From: Marsupella aquatica
Lineage: Eukaryota > Plantae > Marchantiophyta
DNA length: 64,000 nucleotides
Assembly (NCBI GenBank): GCA_973895155.1
Contig: OZ316896.1
Location: 17,224,754 to 17,288,753 of the forward strand
Direction of reading: 5' to 3'
Part shown: one piece after another, positions 12,074 to 23,471 of the stretch
Layout: each line of letters begins with the position of its first letter
How positions within the stretch are numbered: position 1 is the stretch's first letter
Notes under the pieces: generated by a model
What the model was told of the DNA's origin: nothing
What the model saw: only the letters and a program-made list of their open reading frames with translations
The model's database searches: none
Position numbers and translations under genes: made by a program

Positions 12074-15000
12074 TGTGACGGGGTTCTTGTCACCGAAAAC
12101 CCTCAATAATTGTTTATTGGGTTGTGCCACGTAAATAACCATTGTAAATAAGCCCATTTTTTTTAATTTTTGAGTTAATTTTGTCCTTTCAAGTTCGTGC
12201 TGCCAGGAGGACTTTACTTTATTTCCTTCTCAGAATTGTTCTAAACGGCAAGGCAATCTAGAGGGGGGCAAATAGGTGGCCTGGCCATTTTGCTTGAACC
12301 ATTGTCAAGTTTCCCCTATAAGTCCAAAAGGTTAACTTTTCTTTTTGGGGTTAAATGAGTATAACCACAACAAGGGCCAAAAGAAGAGAAGGAGTTCTTT
12401 TGAGAGGTTAAAAGGTGTTGGAATAAAAGGGTCCATAAGGGGCAGCCCCTGTGGACGCCACTTGGCATCTCCATAAGTTCAGCCAGGGCGCGGAGTGAAG
12501 AGAAGGAAAAAAGGGGGGATTAAACCCCTCTTAAGGAGCCCTCTTAAGAGGAGCCCCGTGAGTGAGGGGGGAAGGCCGCGAGCCCTGCACAGGGCCGCGT
12601 GCAGGAGACAGAGGAAGGGGGGATTTAAAATTCCCCCGACTATGGGGCGTGAGTGTGTTGCCGAGGTGAGCCGGGGCAAGCCAAAGCAAGCCGGCGCAGG
12701 GCTGCCGGTACGCGAGGGACTACATAGGGCAGCGTGTGGTGAAAGAGGGGGGGAAATTAAATCTCCCGGCCTCAGAGGTAACAAGGCGCAGTGCGAGCCC
12801 TGCATAGGGCCATGTGTTGTCGGGTGGTTCCCGCGAGTTGGTGGGAGGAGGACGTAGAGAGGCGAGCCAGGGTACCAGGGCAGCCAGGGCGCAAAGTGAG
12901 CCGGGGCGCATGGCGAAAATAATCCATGGGGTTTCCTTCTTCTTTTTTCTCCCTATTTTCTCACTTCCTCTCTTTTGCAAGACAACTCATTGCCGAAAGC
13001 AAAAGCTTGGGCTCTCTCTCAACTCTTGCCGAAAGCTCTCTCCACATTTTGCAATTATTTTAGAAGCTCTCTCTCATGGTCAATTGTTGGGCTTGTTGGC
13101 ATGATTCTTACGGGCATTAGCGGCAGCGGCACGGAGTGGCTTCTGAGGGAATTGAGGGTAATTGATTGATCGGGATACGGGGGCCATTTTGGGCCAGGAA
13201 ATTGACATTGCTACGGGTGATGGGATTTGGTGATTGAGGATTTGATTTCTTGATGCATGGATGCTGGATCAACCGGAGTTTAGTGCGGCACGCGTTTGGA
13301 GATACAAGGCTGCTTACCGTGACTACATTGAGACATTGATTGCAAGAGAGAGAGAAGAGAGAGAAGCTACGATGAGTACTGGACTGGTGTCAAGTTCCGC
13401 ACCGGTGATTAGGAAGGTTTTACGTCAAATTTATCCCAAAACCTCCGCCAAGGTGATGGAGGATTGTAGGAATTTTTTTTAAGCCACCGGGCTCATGGAG
13501 TTCATGAAGGTGGAGATTACAATCCCTTCGGGGAAGAGTTGGAACATTGAGGCTGGGTTGGAGTTACGTACGGAAGGAATCCACTTTGAATGTCTCCAAC
13601 GGGTAGTGCCCCATGTAGAGTTAGCTAAGCTTCTGTTTCTGGAGAACCAGCAATTCTCATTCACACCTTGGAACATAAGGGGAGAGCTCACGTTGACAAT
13701 GGTGGCCGGTTGGGTGATTAATCCCACCTCCACTACTTCCATTCCTCTTTCCGCCATCAAGGATGCCGAGCACAAGGGATTTATGGCCAAGGTTCATCAA
13801 CGGGTCCTTGGTAACGTGCAATCCGGGGTGGTGAATGGAGAGCATTTCGTGGTAGCTATGGACATCAAGAACTATCCAGCCCATGTGTACAGATGGTGGT
13901 ACTAAGGGTTGAAGAAGCTATTGGACACCAATCCTGGGAGTGTGAAACTAGGTGGGGCTGTACATTTGATGGGGTCATTTTTGCTGGCCAGAGCAGAAGG
14001 GTGGATTGTTTCCCCGGGACAGGAAGACACTGGATCATCCCTTACCACGGAAATCAGGAGTATTGCCACTACCATCATGGGGAAACTAACGGAGGGATCA
14101 TCGTCGGTGGTTGGGGATGATAATAGAGAGGAAGAGGACTCCACATTGGAGTGGCTTGAATCACTTGTGGAAAATCCGGAGGAGCCTCTGGTCTACGACA
14201 TTCCTGATGTCTACCTGGCGGAGTTACGGGATTTCCGAGAGGGGGTCCATGAGGGACTCAAGCTAGTCCACGCATTAAGAGATTCTCTCAAGCAGGCCAC
14301 CGCCAGCGTAGAGACTTTGGAGCAGAGTGCCCTCTCTATGAAGGAGGTGATCAAGGCCAAGGAGGAGGCCATTCATGAGAAGGTTAAACTTCTCCAAGCA
14401 GCTCACAATGAGATCTCCAACATGAAGGGAGCCTTGTCCACCAAGGCCAAGGAAGCCGAAGAGGTTGGAGTATTGAAATAGGCATTGGCCAAAGAGAAGC
14501 AGAATTCTGGAGAAGTGGTGGAGTTAAGAGCCCAGGTGGGAGCACTATAGAGTCAAATGGTGATCTTTGAGACAAGGGCTAAGAGGAGTGAGGCCTTGAA
14601 TCTGGGGAAACGGAAGAGCCCCTACACACCTAGCTCCACACTTTCCCCGGATTTGATCTCTAGAGCCATTGAGATGGTGGTGAAGGAAGTCAGTGGGAAG
14701 TATGGACCCCTGTTGGATGCAGCCAAGAAAAGTCAAGAGAAGAGCAAGAGCTTAGAGAAGAAGCTCAGGGAGGTACGTAAATCGTTACGAGAGGCTCAGG
14801 TCAACACGGGAACCCCGAGGATGCCACCCCGATCTGTCACCCCTGGGACTCCCATGGCCACCGGGCAGGTTTTACCGTTGGAGTTGCGGTCCGGTGAAGA
14901 GGCGGCCTTGTGGAAAGACACCATTGGTGAGGGGTACATCAAGGCGTGGCAGGCCTTGGCCAATTTGAGGAAACAGGGGGGCACTAGCACAAGGAGTACC

Positions 15001-16556
15001 CAGGTGAAGAAGAAGAGGAATGAAGTGGCACTCACTCCAGTGGAGAGTGATGAGGAGGCCCACTCACGGGGCTCAAGCCAGGGCACCGTGAGTGAAGAGG
15101 AGGAGGATTAGAGTGGTCGTATGGACGTGGTTGTACGGCCCCTTGACTTTCCAAATTTTTTGTGAGGGGTCACTCACGGGCTTATTGAAAAGAGCTTGCA
15201 GAGATGATTCCAACAAGAGGCGGCGCTCCTCAAACAGAGCCAGGATGAGCAAGTTAGGGCCCGACGAAATTGGGTTTACGGGATACTGAAATGGCCATAA
15301 TTTGGTCATCCGATGTCCGTTTCAAGAGCGGTTGAGTGATTCATGATCAGAAGGGGGTATTTACAAACGACAGGAAACAAGAAACAGTAACAGGAAATAG
15401 TTACTGGTAACAGGAAAGTGGGTGGTAATTTTTTGGGATTTTTTTTTTGGGATTTTTTTTGGAAAAATTTTTTTTGGGGGAAAAAAGTTTTTTTTGTTTT
15501 GGTTTGTCATCATCATATTGCTAGCGCCTGGAGCTAACAATAGCAGCGTTTGGCGCTCGCAAAAAACCCATGATTTTAATTATTTTTTGAAAAATAAGAC
15601 TTTAAATGATACATTTTTAGATCGTGTTTTTACTGGTAACAATAAAATTTTCCTAGTAACAGGAAACTTTTTGCTAGTACCAGTAATCCTATTTTCCTAT
15701 TTCCTGTCTCGGTGGTGCACTCAGAAGTGCAAGTGGAAAAGCACCTAGTTTCGGCCATTGTGGGGTTCCTTGCCATTTCACGGTTCATGGAGTAATGTTA
15801 GGGCGCCATCGAAGGCACCGTCAGCCCCATTATTAGTTTAGGGTTTAGGGTTTTAGAAGCATGTGTGTGCCGCATGCTTTTAGTTTAGGGGTTTCTTAGT
15901 GAAGGATTAGCGGCGCCGTTAGGGTAGGCCACCATCGTTGTGGCCCGGGGAGGGGTGCTTTGGTGTGTTTTTTGGTATTTAGGGGGAGAGCCCCGTAGTG
16001 AAGGGGGGAACTCAGTCTAGTGTTTGCTTAGGGAAGTTAGCTCATAGCCAGAAGAGGGAATCAAGCCAGAGTAGTGAGGTAGAGGTGTAGCACTTGCCCC
16101 AGTGAGGCAGTAATTGGGCAGACGGCAGGAGGTCGGGTTGTCCTTGCAATGTGTTACGACGTTTTGCCAAAAGATATGGGTTTGGTTTGATTCCTCAAGT
16201 TTTGGTGTGGCGTTATTTTCTTCTAGTTCAAGATTGTGTTCTTTCCCCAAGAAGTGTCTAAGGAATCCTTGCACGGTTTGGTCAACCATGTGAGTAGGAG
16301 GGGTGGTGACAGCACTCCACCAACGAACCAGTAGGAGTATGTGTGTGGCGTAGTCCATGGGACTTGATCAAAAGCAGAGCGGCTAGTCGGTAGACTTGAT
16401 CAAAAATTACATTTCCAGGAGCAAAAATAAACATACTCATCCTGCATGCAATAGAATCCTAATAGCGTCCCTCCACGTTCCCGTCATATGATAACAAACA
16501 ATTTTAGTAGGAGTAAATACGTATTTGCGTGTAAATCGTTTGATAAGCAGGTGACA
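12074..16556. mobile_element. 4,483-bp TG...CA insertion (probable giant solo LTR) with 5-bp TSD CTTAT
   Basis: Starts TGTGAC at 12074 and ends GTGACA at 16556, flanked by CTTAT (12069-12073 and 16557-16561). Removing it restores the integrase reading WIYFMTHK-SDVLSIFTKWK. No internal LTR pair or gag/pol seen. Confidence 0.88.
13261..15111 (+). pseudogene. Decayed ~616-codon ORF of unknown function (coiled-coil, basic/acidic C-terminus) inside the insertion
   Basis: ORFs 13261, 13495, 13909 and 14557 are all in one frame, separated only by stops TAA 13480, TAA 13903, TAG 14479 and TAG 14548. Heptad-like segment LKQATASVETLEQSALSMKEVIKAKEEA and basic patches GKRKSP and KKKRN. Confidence 0.75.
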
Positions 16557-18319
16557 CTTATGCGTCATGAAATAAATCCATACAAATCTTGAGTAATCGT
16601 CAATGAAGGATACATAGTACAATTTTTCAGAATGTGAGGGAGTCAGGGATGGTCCCCACACGTCACTATGTATGTACTCAAGAACCGCTTTGGAACGATG
16701 AGTTCCAACACCGAAAGCACGATGATGGTGCTTTCCAAAAATGCAATGCTCACAGAATTCCAATTTATAAGACTGCAAATCAGAAATGAGCCCATTCTCC
16801 CGCAAGATAGCCAAACCTTTCTCACTCATGTGGCCTAGCCGTGAATGCCATAGTTGAGTCATTTCCTCGTGAGACTTGGTTACATTGGCCTCTCTACATA
16901 CTGTATTGCCCTGCAACACATACAAATTCTTTTGTCTGCTCCCCTTCAAAATCACTGTCTGGCCTGACATGACTTGAAGTTCACCATCAATTACTCGCCA
17001 TTGATGACCATTTGTATCTAACACACCGAGTGAAATCAAATTCTTACGCATGCCAGGTACAAACCTGACTCCGGACACTGTGCGCACAATGCCATCAAAC
17101 ATTTGAATCTTTACAGACCCAATACCCTCAACTCGACAGGAGTGATCATTTCCCATCAAAACTGAACCGTTTGACACAGAGGAAGAATTGAAATACTCGC
17201 GAATGTAACAAATATAAAAGGAGCAAGCACAATCAAGAATCCACACATCATTGCTCTCCTAGATGATGTGCATAGGGCATACTCCTGACTTCATAAAACA
17301 TACTCATCATTGAGTAAATCAACTTTTCCATCAGCACTAGCCACATTGGCTGATGAAGATTCAGTTGCCTTACCCTTACAATCCCTCTTAACGTGACCAA
17401 CCTTGTGACACTTCCAGCAGACTACTGGCTTTCTCTCCTGGGACTTCCCCCTTGAAGCAAATCTTGTTCTAGATTTACTTTGTCCCTTGCCATTCGTGCG
17501 CTGCTCGGGATGCCGTTGTGACCTCCCACGATTCACATTCAAGGCAGCACCAGATGACGATGCTACCTTGGCTTGACCTAACTTCTTCTGTGCATCATTT
17601 GAAAGCAAAGAGCTTACCACCTCATCGTATGAATAGACTTCAGATCTCTATACAAGAACCTGCTTCAAACCCTGATAAGATGGGGGTAAGGAGCTGAGAA
17701 GAAGCAAGGTCTTGTCCTCTTCTTCAACGCCCTTACCGAGATTAGACAAATCAACAGCTAGGCTGTCAAATTCATCCAAGTGATCCTGGAGCTTATTCCC
17801 CTCTTTGAGCCGAAGGCTCATTAAGAGAGACTTCTTGTACAATCGATCTGATGCATCCTCCCGATAGTACTTCTCCCTAAGGGCTTTGAATAGAGATGCA
17901 CAATCCGCGTAATCATCCAACTTCTTGATGATATGCGGCTTCAGATAAAGCATCACCGCATTCACTGCAATTACTTGTTCCTGCCTCCACCTCTTTAGTG
18001 GGATCTCCTTCGAGTCATCATCGTACATCTCTCGTGTAGAGAGAAGATGATCTAGGCCCATAGCGCAAAGAACTCCTTTCACTTGCTTCTCCCACAACAA
18101 GTAGTCGGTATGCCCATCATACTTTTCCACCTCAAACTTGACACCTCCGAACCTGGATGCCATCTGTTTTTCCTTCACAATCCCTTCTACTCGCTGCACC
18201 GGTGATTGTACCGGTGTCATGAGCGCTTCCTCTTGCTCCACTCTCTCCTCGTCAAACCGTTGTGGTGATCCTCGAGCTTCAAGATCCACTTCTTCAAAAA
18301 TCTCCTCCGAATCACTCAT
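16557..18319 (-). pseudogene. copia gag, protease and integrase N-terminus
   Basis: KFEVEKYDG..YLLW, LLSSLPPSY, zinc knuckle CWKCHKVGHVKRDC, protease WILDCAC (degenerate DSG), LWHSRLGHMSE...CEHC, YIHSDVWG, FIDDYSR. In-frame stop at 17648 and a frameshift near 17270. Confidence 0.95.
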
Positions 18320-20050
18320 GTGAAAATCCAAGAAAAAATGACATTTTTTCAACTTCTTCAAAAAACTCAAAACTTATTACCGCCGCAAAGCCCACAAGCC
18401 TAGCTCTCCAATGCTGAAAACCAGAATCGAAACCAAACTCCGACGTAAAAGTTATTCACTTTTTGGTCGAGGTGGGTAAAACTTGGAATTCTCCCCCGTT
18501 TTGACCACCTCGGGGAATAACCAAAAAGTAAACTAGTACCCAACGTCGGAAATACAATTCAATTTATGCATCGCGTTGCCAACTCCGATGGTTAGCAACT
18601 TGCCAAAGATGAACAAAAAAAAGTTACCATTTGGCGGATGGAATCTTCGACGAACGGCCAAATACACGCTCTCTATGTTTTTGGGGAATATTCCAGCACA
18701 GAGCAACAGGGCTCACAGGGGGCTGTTCCCCCTGTCCAAGTGGTTAAAGTGGAGGGCGGTAGGTCCCGGGAGGGAGGAAAAAGAAATAAAAATTAAGGCC
18801 TAAAGGGGGTTTAAAGCCCCTTTACAAAACAGGTGTATAGCCGGGGTGTATGGCAGGGTCAGGCGCAAGATACGTGCATGGAGGGCGTATGGGGCGGCAG
18901 AAGCCGCGAAGTTGCAAGGCCGGGCCGCGAGCCGGGAAGGGAGACCGGCCGGAAGCAAAGTCCGAAGGGGGGGTGCTAGGACGTAGTGCGGGGGTTGCCG
19001 GAGGTCGCGGCCGGTCGGCGGGCGGGGGGGTTGAGGCGCCCACGGGAGGCCGCTGTGTGGCCGGGCAGGCTGCCGGGTCGCGACGGGGAGGGGGACGATG
19101 TACGTAGGGAGGGTGGGGGTGAAACGTGTATGTATACACAAAAGTGGGTGGACCCCCCCAAAAAACACAAAGCAAATGGCCACCAATGTTCCCGAATTCA
19201 CCTCGTCACCGACAAGGGCCCTAAAGAAAAATTTTCTTCCAATGTGCAATGGAGGTCTCTAGAGAGAGAGAGAGAGTTGTAAATGGAGTATTTTCCGAAC
19301 AAAAAATTGGCCCGTAAGAAATCCAAAAATGCTTGTGAAAATCAAACAAAAATAGCTTGCACCTTGTAATGTTCGGATTATGGTGAGGAATCAGAAACCA
19401 ATGTCGGTCGGTTGGAAAGATTTGCGCACCCGCACCGTTTGCTGGTCAATCAGTGGCAAAAACTCAGAACTCCTTCCTCCCGTGGGCAAAATCGTCAATC
19501 TTGGACTCAAAATGATCACCTCTTCGTGATCTCTCCGTTCAGCCCAAGTACTTCACGTCTCTCCCTCCGAGTCGAGCGCAATGACGAGAAACCCCGCTCA
19601 GGCAAAAGAGGACTCCATAGCCGGTCAGAAAATCAGAATGTTTCTTTTGCTCGTTGCGACGCACTCGTTACACACTCGACAACAAACCATCTACCAAAAC
19701 GATCAGCTCGTCCCGATCTACAAGCAGAACTACAACATGCCACGCCTCCTTTGCCGTAGAGCTCACACCGTCGGGAAAACAAACCCTGGTCCCTCCTCTG
19801 AAAAACCGTCGAACATGAATGTTGTCAACTTTCTTCACAAATTCCAGAACAACAAAAACTTAGATCTCTTCGCACCACAATCTTCGTTCAGTGATTTTTT
19901 CACACCGTTAGAAAGCCCTTGCCCTGATCTATCCGCTGAGTCCATAAACTCCAAGTTCCATGCGACGGAACTCCAGAAAATTCACCGATACTCAATGCTG
20001 GAAAAAACCGTCACGAAATCTCATCACGAACAATGTCACCTCCCAAGCAT

Positions 20051-20062
20051 GCTCTGATACCA
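20051..20062 (-). promoter_or_regulatory. Primer-binding site complementary to tRNA-iMet 3' end
   Basis: Minus strand reads TGGTATCAGAGC, 2 nt inside the LTR's terminal CA. Confidence 0.92.
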
Positions 20063-20064
20063 AT

Positions 20065-20407
20065 TGTTGAGCATAGATGACACTCGTAACGGTAAGCACA
20101 TGACACATCCAACGCGCAAGTAGTCGACACAAGAGATACGTGGTTCACCTCCTCGAGGCTACGTCCACGGGAACACACAAGAGAGCTTTACTGAACTCTA
20201 AGCCCATCGGCCTTACCAAGTCTCTACAGTGTAAGCTCTCCTCATCTCTCAAGTGGCTCCGTAACAATGAGCCTAAGTTCCACTTATCCAAGCAAACACC
20301 GCTTGGCATATAGTGTGCATCCTAGTTAACCTAACCACGTCTCCGACTAAGGTTAGTCTAACTACGGTTACATGCCATAACCCTAGACCTTGAGTAAATA
20401 CCTAACA
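20065..20407 (-). repeat. 5' LTR of the copia element (~343 bp)
   Basis: Minus strand TGTTAG...TCAACA next to the PBS. The outer boundary is inferred from the TGTT/AACA inverted ends because no second LTR is available. Confidence 0.75.
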
Positions 20408-20420
20408 AAACTCAATCAAA

Positions 20421-20640
20421 GTTTCTAATTTAGCAACTCAAACCCTAAACAATACAATGCAACTCAATCTCCTCAGAGCATACTCTGATAATAAGCGTGC
20501 ATGCATATTAAACTGGTCATGAAACTCATCGTTTCTAATTTAGCAACTCAAACCCTAAACAATACAATGCAACTCAATCTCCTCAGAGCATATTCTGATA
20601 ATAAGCGCGCATGCGTATTGAACCGGTCACGAAACTAATC
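20421..20640. repeat. 110-bp tandem duplication
   Basis: GTTTCTAATTTAGCAACTCAAACCC starts at both 20421 and 20531. Confidence 0.9.
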
Positions 20641-21136
20641 AAATACAAATGAGAAAGCGCATTGAGCCGGTAGGAGACTCATCACACCCATTAGTTCACG
20701 TGCAATTGAGAAAGAAGATAATAAGATACCAAACCAAGATAAGATAAGGACAATGAGATACGCACAGGCTCCTTCACCAGTCATACGTACAGTAGAGGGA
20801 TTGTCTGGATTGAGCAATGATTGGCACATGTAGCTACTAGCAATACAGGAAACACTAATGAATAGGCACCTCTAGTACAACAGGAATCTACTCCACTATT
20901 CCACATAAACATTGACTGTCGATACCTTGGTGATTGTGCAGACAGTTATGACAGAGGTACTGTAGCTAACTTGAATAGTCCTCCCTCACGTACGATGTAC
21001 ACAATTCTGAGGAATGTGAGTACAGAGAATTTTGAGTTTAAATAGATATGTGAGCATGAACAAGGAGAAGTCTTGTGGCTGATCCCTCACAGGGGCCTGC
21101 CAGCAGTACTAGGGCGTGCTAGCAGTAGCGCCTGCC

Positions 21137-21240
21137 AGCCTTTCACCTTCCACTAAAAATGCCCTGCATGCGCTCTTGCTATGGCTATCCTCACAGCCTT
21201 TCACCTTCCACTAAAAAATGCCCTGCATGCGCTCTTGCTA
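21137..21240. repeat. ~57-bp tandem duplication
   Basis: CAGCCTTTCACCTTCCACTAAAAATGCCCTGCATGCGCTCTTGCTA occurs twice. Confidence 0.85.
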
Positions 21241-23471
21241 CGGATGTCCTCACACTACGAATCATCCTCTTCTTGGCAGCTAGGGCCTCAACAAACGCAT
21301 TTTTAGGGCCTCAACAAACGACAGAGTTTTCTTTGGTGAAGTACCCTTGACAACTTCCCAATGGAGCTTCCACCAACTCTAGCCGCCTTCTCCTCTTCAC
21401 ATGGAGCTGACACCTAGTAAGTCACATGACACCTTATACGGCATGCATCTGTATATGGCTAATTATTTGGTACCAACTATTTGGTACCAAATCCTAACAA
21501 CTCTAATGTAACTGTGTCAAATTTACATTCGTCTTTGGCCAAAAATTTAAATCCAAATTTTGGGGCCTCTAAAAAAATATTGAGAGATTTACACTTGACC
21601 ATGGCAAAAAGAAGGCCAACTCCAACTACTCCACTAAAATCAAGTAATGTCCAAGAAGTTAGTGAAGTTGGTGAGGTCAATGGGCCAAGGAGAAAAAGTA
21701 CTAAGAAACGGATGGCGGCTTGTTATTGCAAGACAACAAGCCAAAATACTTAGCCACAAGGAAAACCTGAAAATTTTCAAATTTCAAAAACACAAAAATT
21801 CTGACTACAAGGTTCCTCATCGTGCAAATACACTAGTTTGTACAATAATGGAGGAAAAATTGCAAAATGTCCCTCAGTCATCATATTTTAAAAAATTAAT
21901 GTGTTGAGCAAATGTTGTTTACTTGGAGTCTATTAATGCGAGCTAGTCGACAAATCCCTCCAAAACTGGGCCAATGAGTGGAAAATTAAAAAAACAAAAT
22001 CAATAGTAAGGATTTTTGAAACTCCCGTTTGATTCTATGTAAATACAGAGCTCTACAATATATAGTAGGACAAATCCAGCATGCAAAAGCAAAAGGTATG
22101 TCGTCATTCTTTAAATATTAAAAATGTGCTAAGCAACTTTGTTTTTTCTTGATTCTTATTGATGAAAGCTGATAATTGCCTCCAAACCTGGGGCCAATGA
22201 GTCTTTGCCAATAAACTCAAACTCAACAACATTAGTCAATCCATCTCACACTAATCCGTTGCTCTCAAAGATATATTTGTAAACCCAGCCCCACACTTCC
22301 ACATGTTCATTTTACTTCAGTTTCAGAGTTGTTTATTTTTCTTTTCTGCTACTCACACTTTTGCATTCTCTATTTGTGCCCACTCTTCTACAACTATTTT
22401 CTGAGGGAAGTCTAAGCATTTTCCTTCATTTAACCAATGAAAAGACCCTCCTCCTACTCCAACTCTCTTAGATCATGGTGGACAATGCTGACATTGCAGT
22501 TGAGTCTGAACTGACGTTTGATGAACATTTGGGCATCTTCTAATTGATGAGGACGCATGGTGGCACTCTTATACTCTATCTTCACCACATGCGGCAAAGA
22601 CATTTATGATTCTGAATTTTGGGTATGTTTCTTTTACTTTGTTTAAGTCGTTTATGAGTCTTTAGCTTTATTTTTGTCTTGTGCACTAAAAGTAACTAAT
22701 TATGACCATCAATTTGCATACTTGGCCAAGCTCAATATGACATAGGTCTACATATGTTTTGTTTTGTTCATTGAGATATAGAGGCATAAATTGTCATCCT
22801 CAAGATCATCTTGAGGTTGTAAGTTTTCCTGTGTGTCTCCATCATTCATATGGAAGTTACATGGACTAAACTATTAATATCAATATTAAGAGAAAATAGT
22901 GAATGGATCATTTTTTAATGGTTTGTAAGACTTGATTTCTCTCAACCTCATGAGATTTTTCCCAATACAAGCCTTTCAGTCCATAGGTACTTCATTTTTG
23001 TTCTCATTCATTTATTCATAATTCAGTCTTCTTGAAGCAAGAAATGAAACCTCACGGCAATCGTGAAGTTCTACTGTACTTTATTTTATGACCAATAATT
23101 CTCATTCTTTTGGGTTAAATTGAATCTCTTAGTAGGTCTCGTGAATGTATTGCCGCAAACATATTGTAGTCTACATTCTGTCAGTCCACATCCGTGTAAT
23201 TACTTGCGGACCTTCTAGACCACTATTATTTCTAACATTATTGCCTTATACCTACATAATGGAATTTTTAATGCAAAGTTGACCCAACTATGCATGTTAA
23301 GCACTTGCATGGGACCATATTAAGTTTAACCACAAAAACTAGGTTTAGTGCCTGGATGAATTTCACTTTAGTATCCAAGTAGCCTGAAACCTCACGATGA
23401 TATTGAGGTTTCTTTTGGACCCTGACAACCTGTTATCTTCAACTGATGAGTAATTTTCTTAACATTTTTCT

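Larger units (their letters stand above)
10441..20407 (-). mobile_element. Ty1/copia LTR retrotransposon, 3'-truncated and interrupted by a nested insertion
   Basis: Order on the minus strand is LTR, PBS, gag, CCHC knuckle, protease, integrase, RT (copia order). RT breaks off after LKARLSAE at about 10441. RNase H and the 3' LTR are absent. Confidence 0.95.

Noticed and set aside
12479-13169. Overlapping ORFs at the start of the nested insertion
   Set aside because: GC-rich, low-complexity translations on both strands; more likely promoter or leader sequence.
18800-19282. Several overlapping Pro/Arg/Gly-rich ORFs
   Set aside because: Expected from stop-poor GC-rich sequence in the copia leader; no domain motifs.
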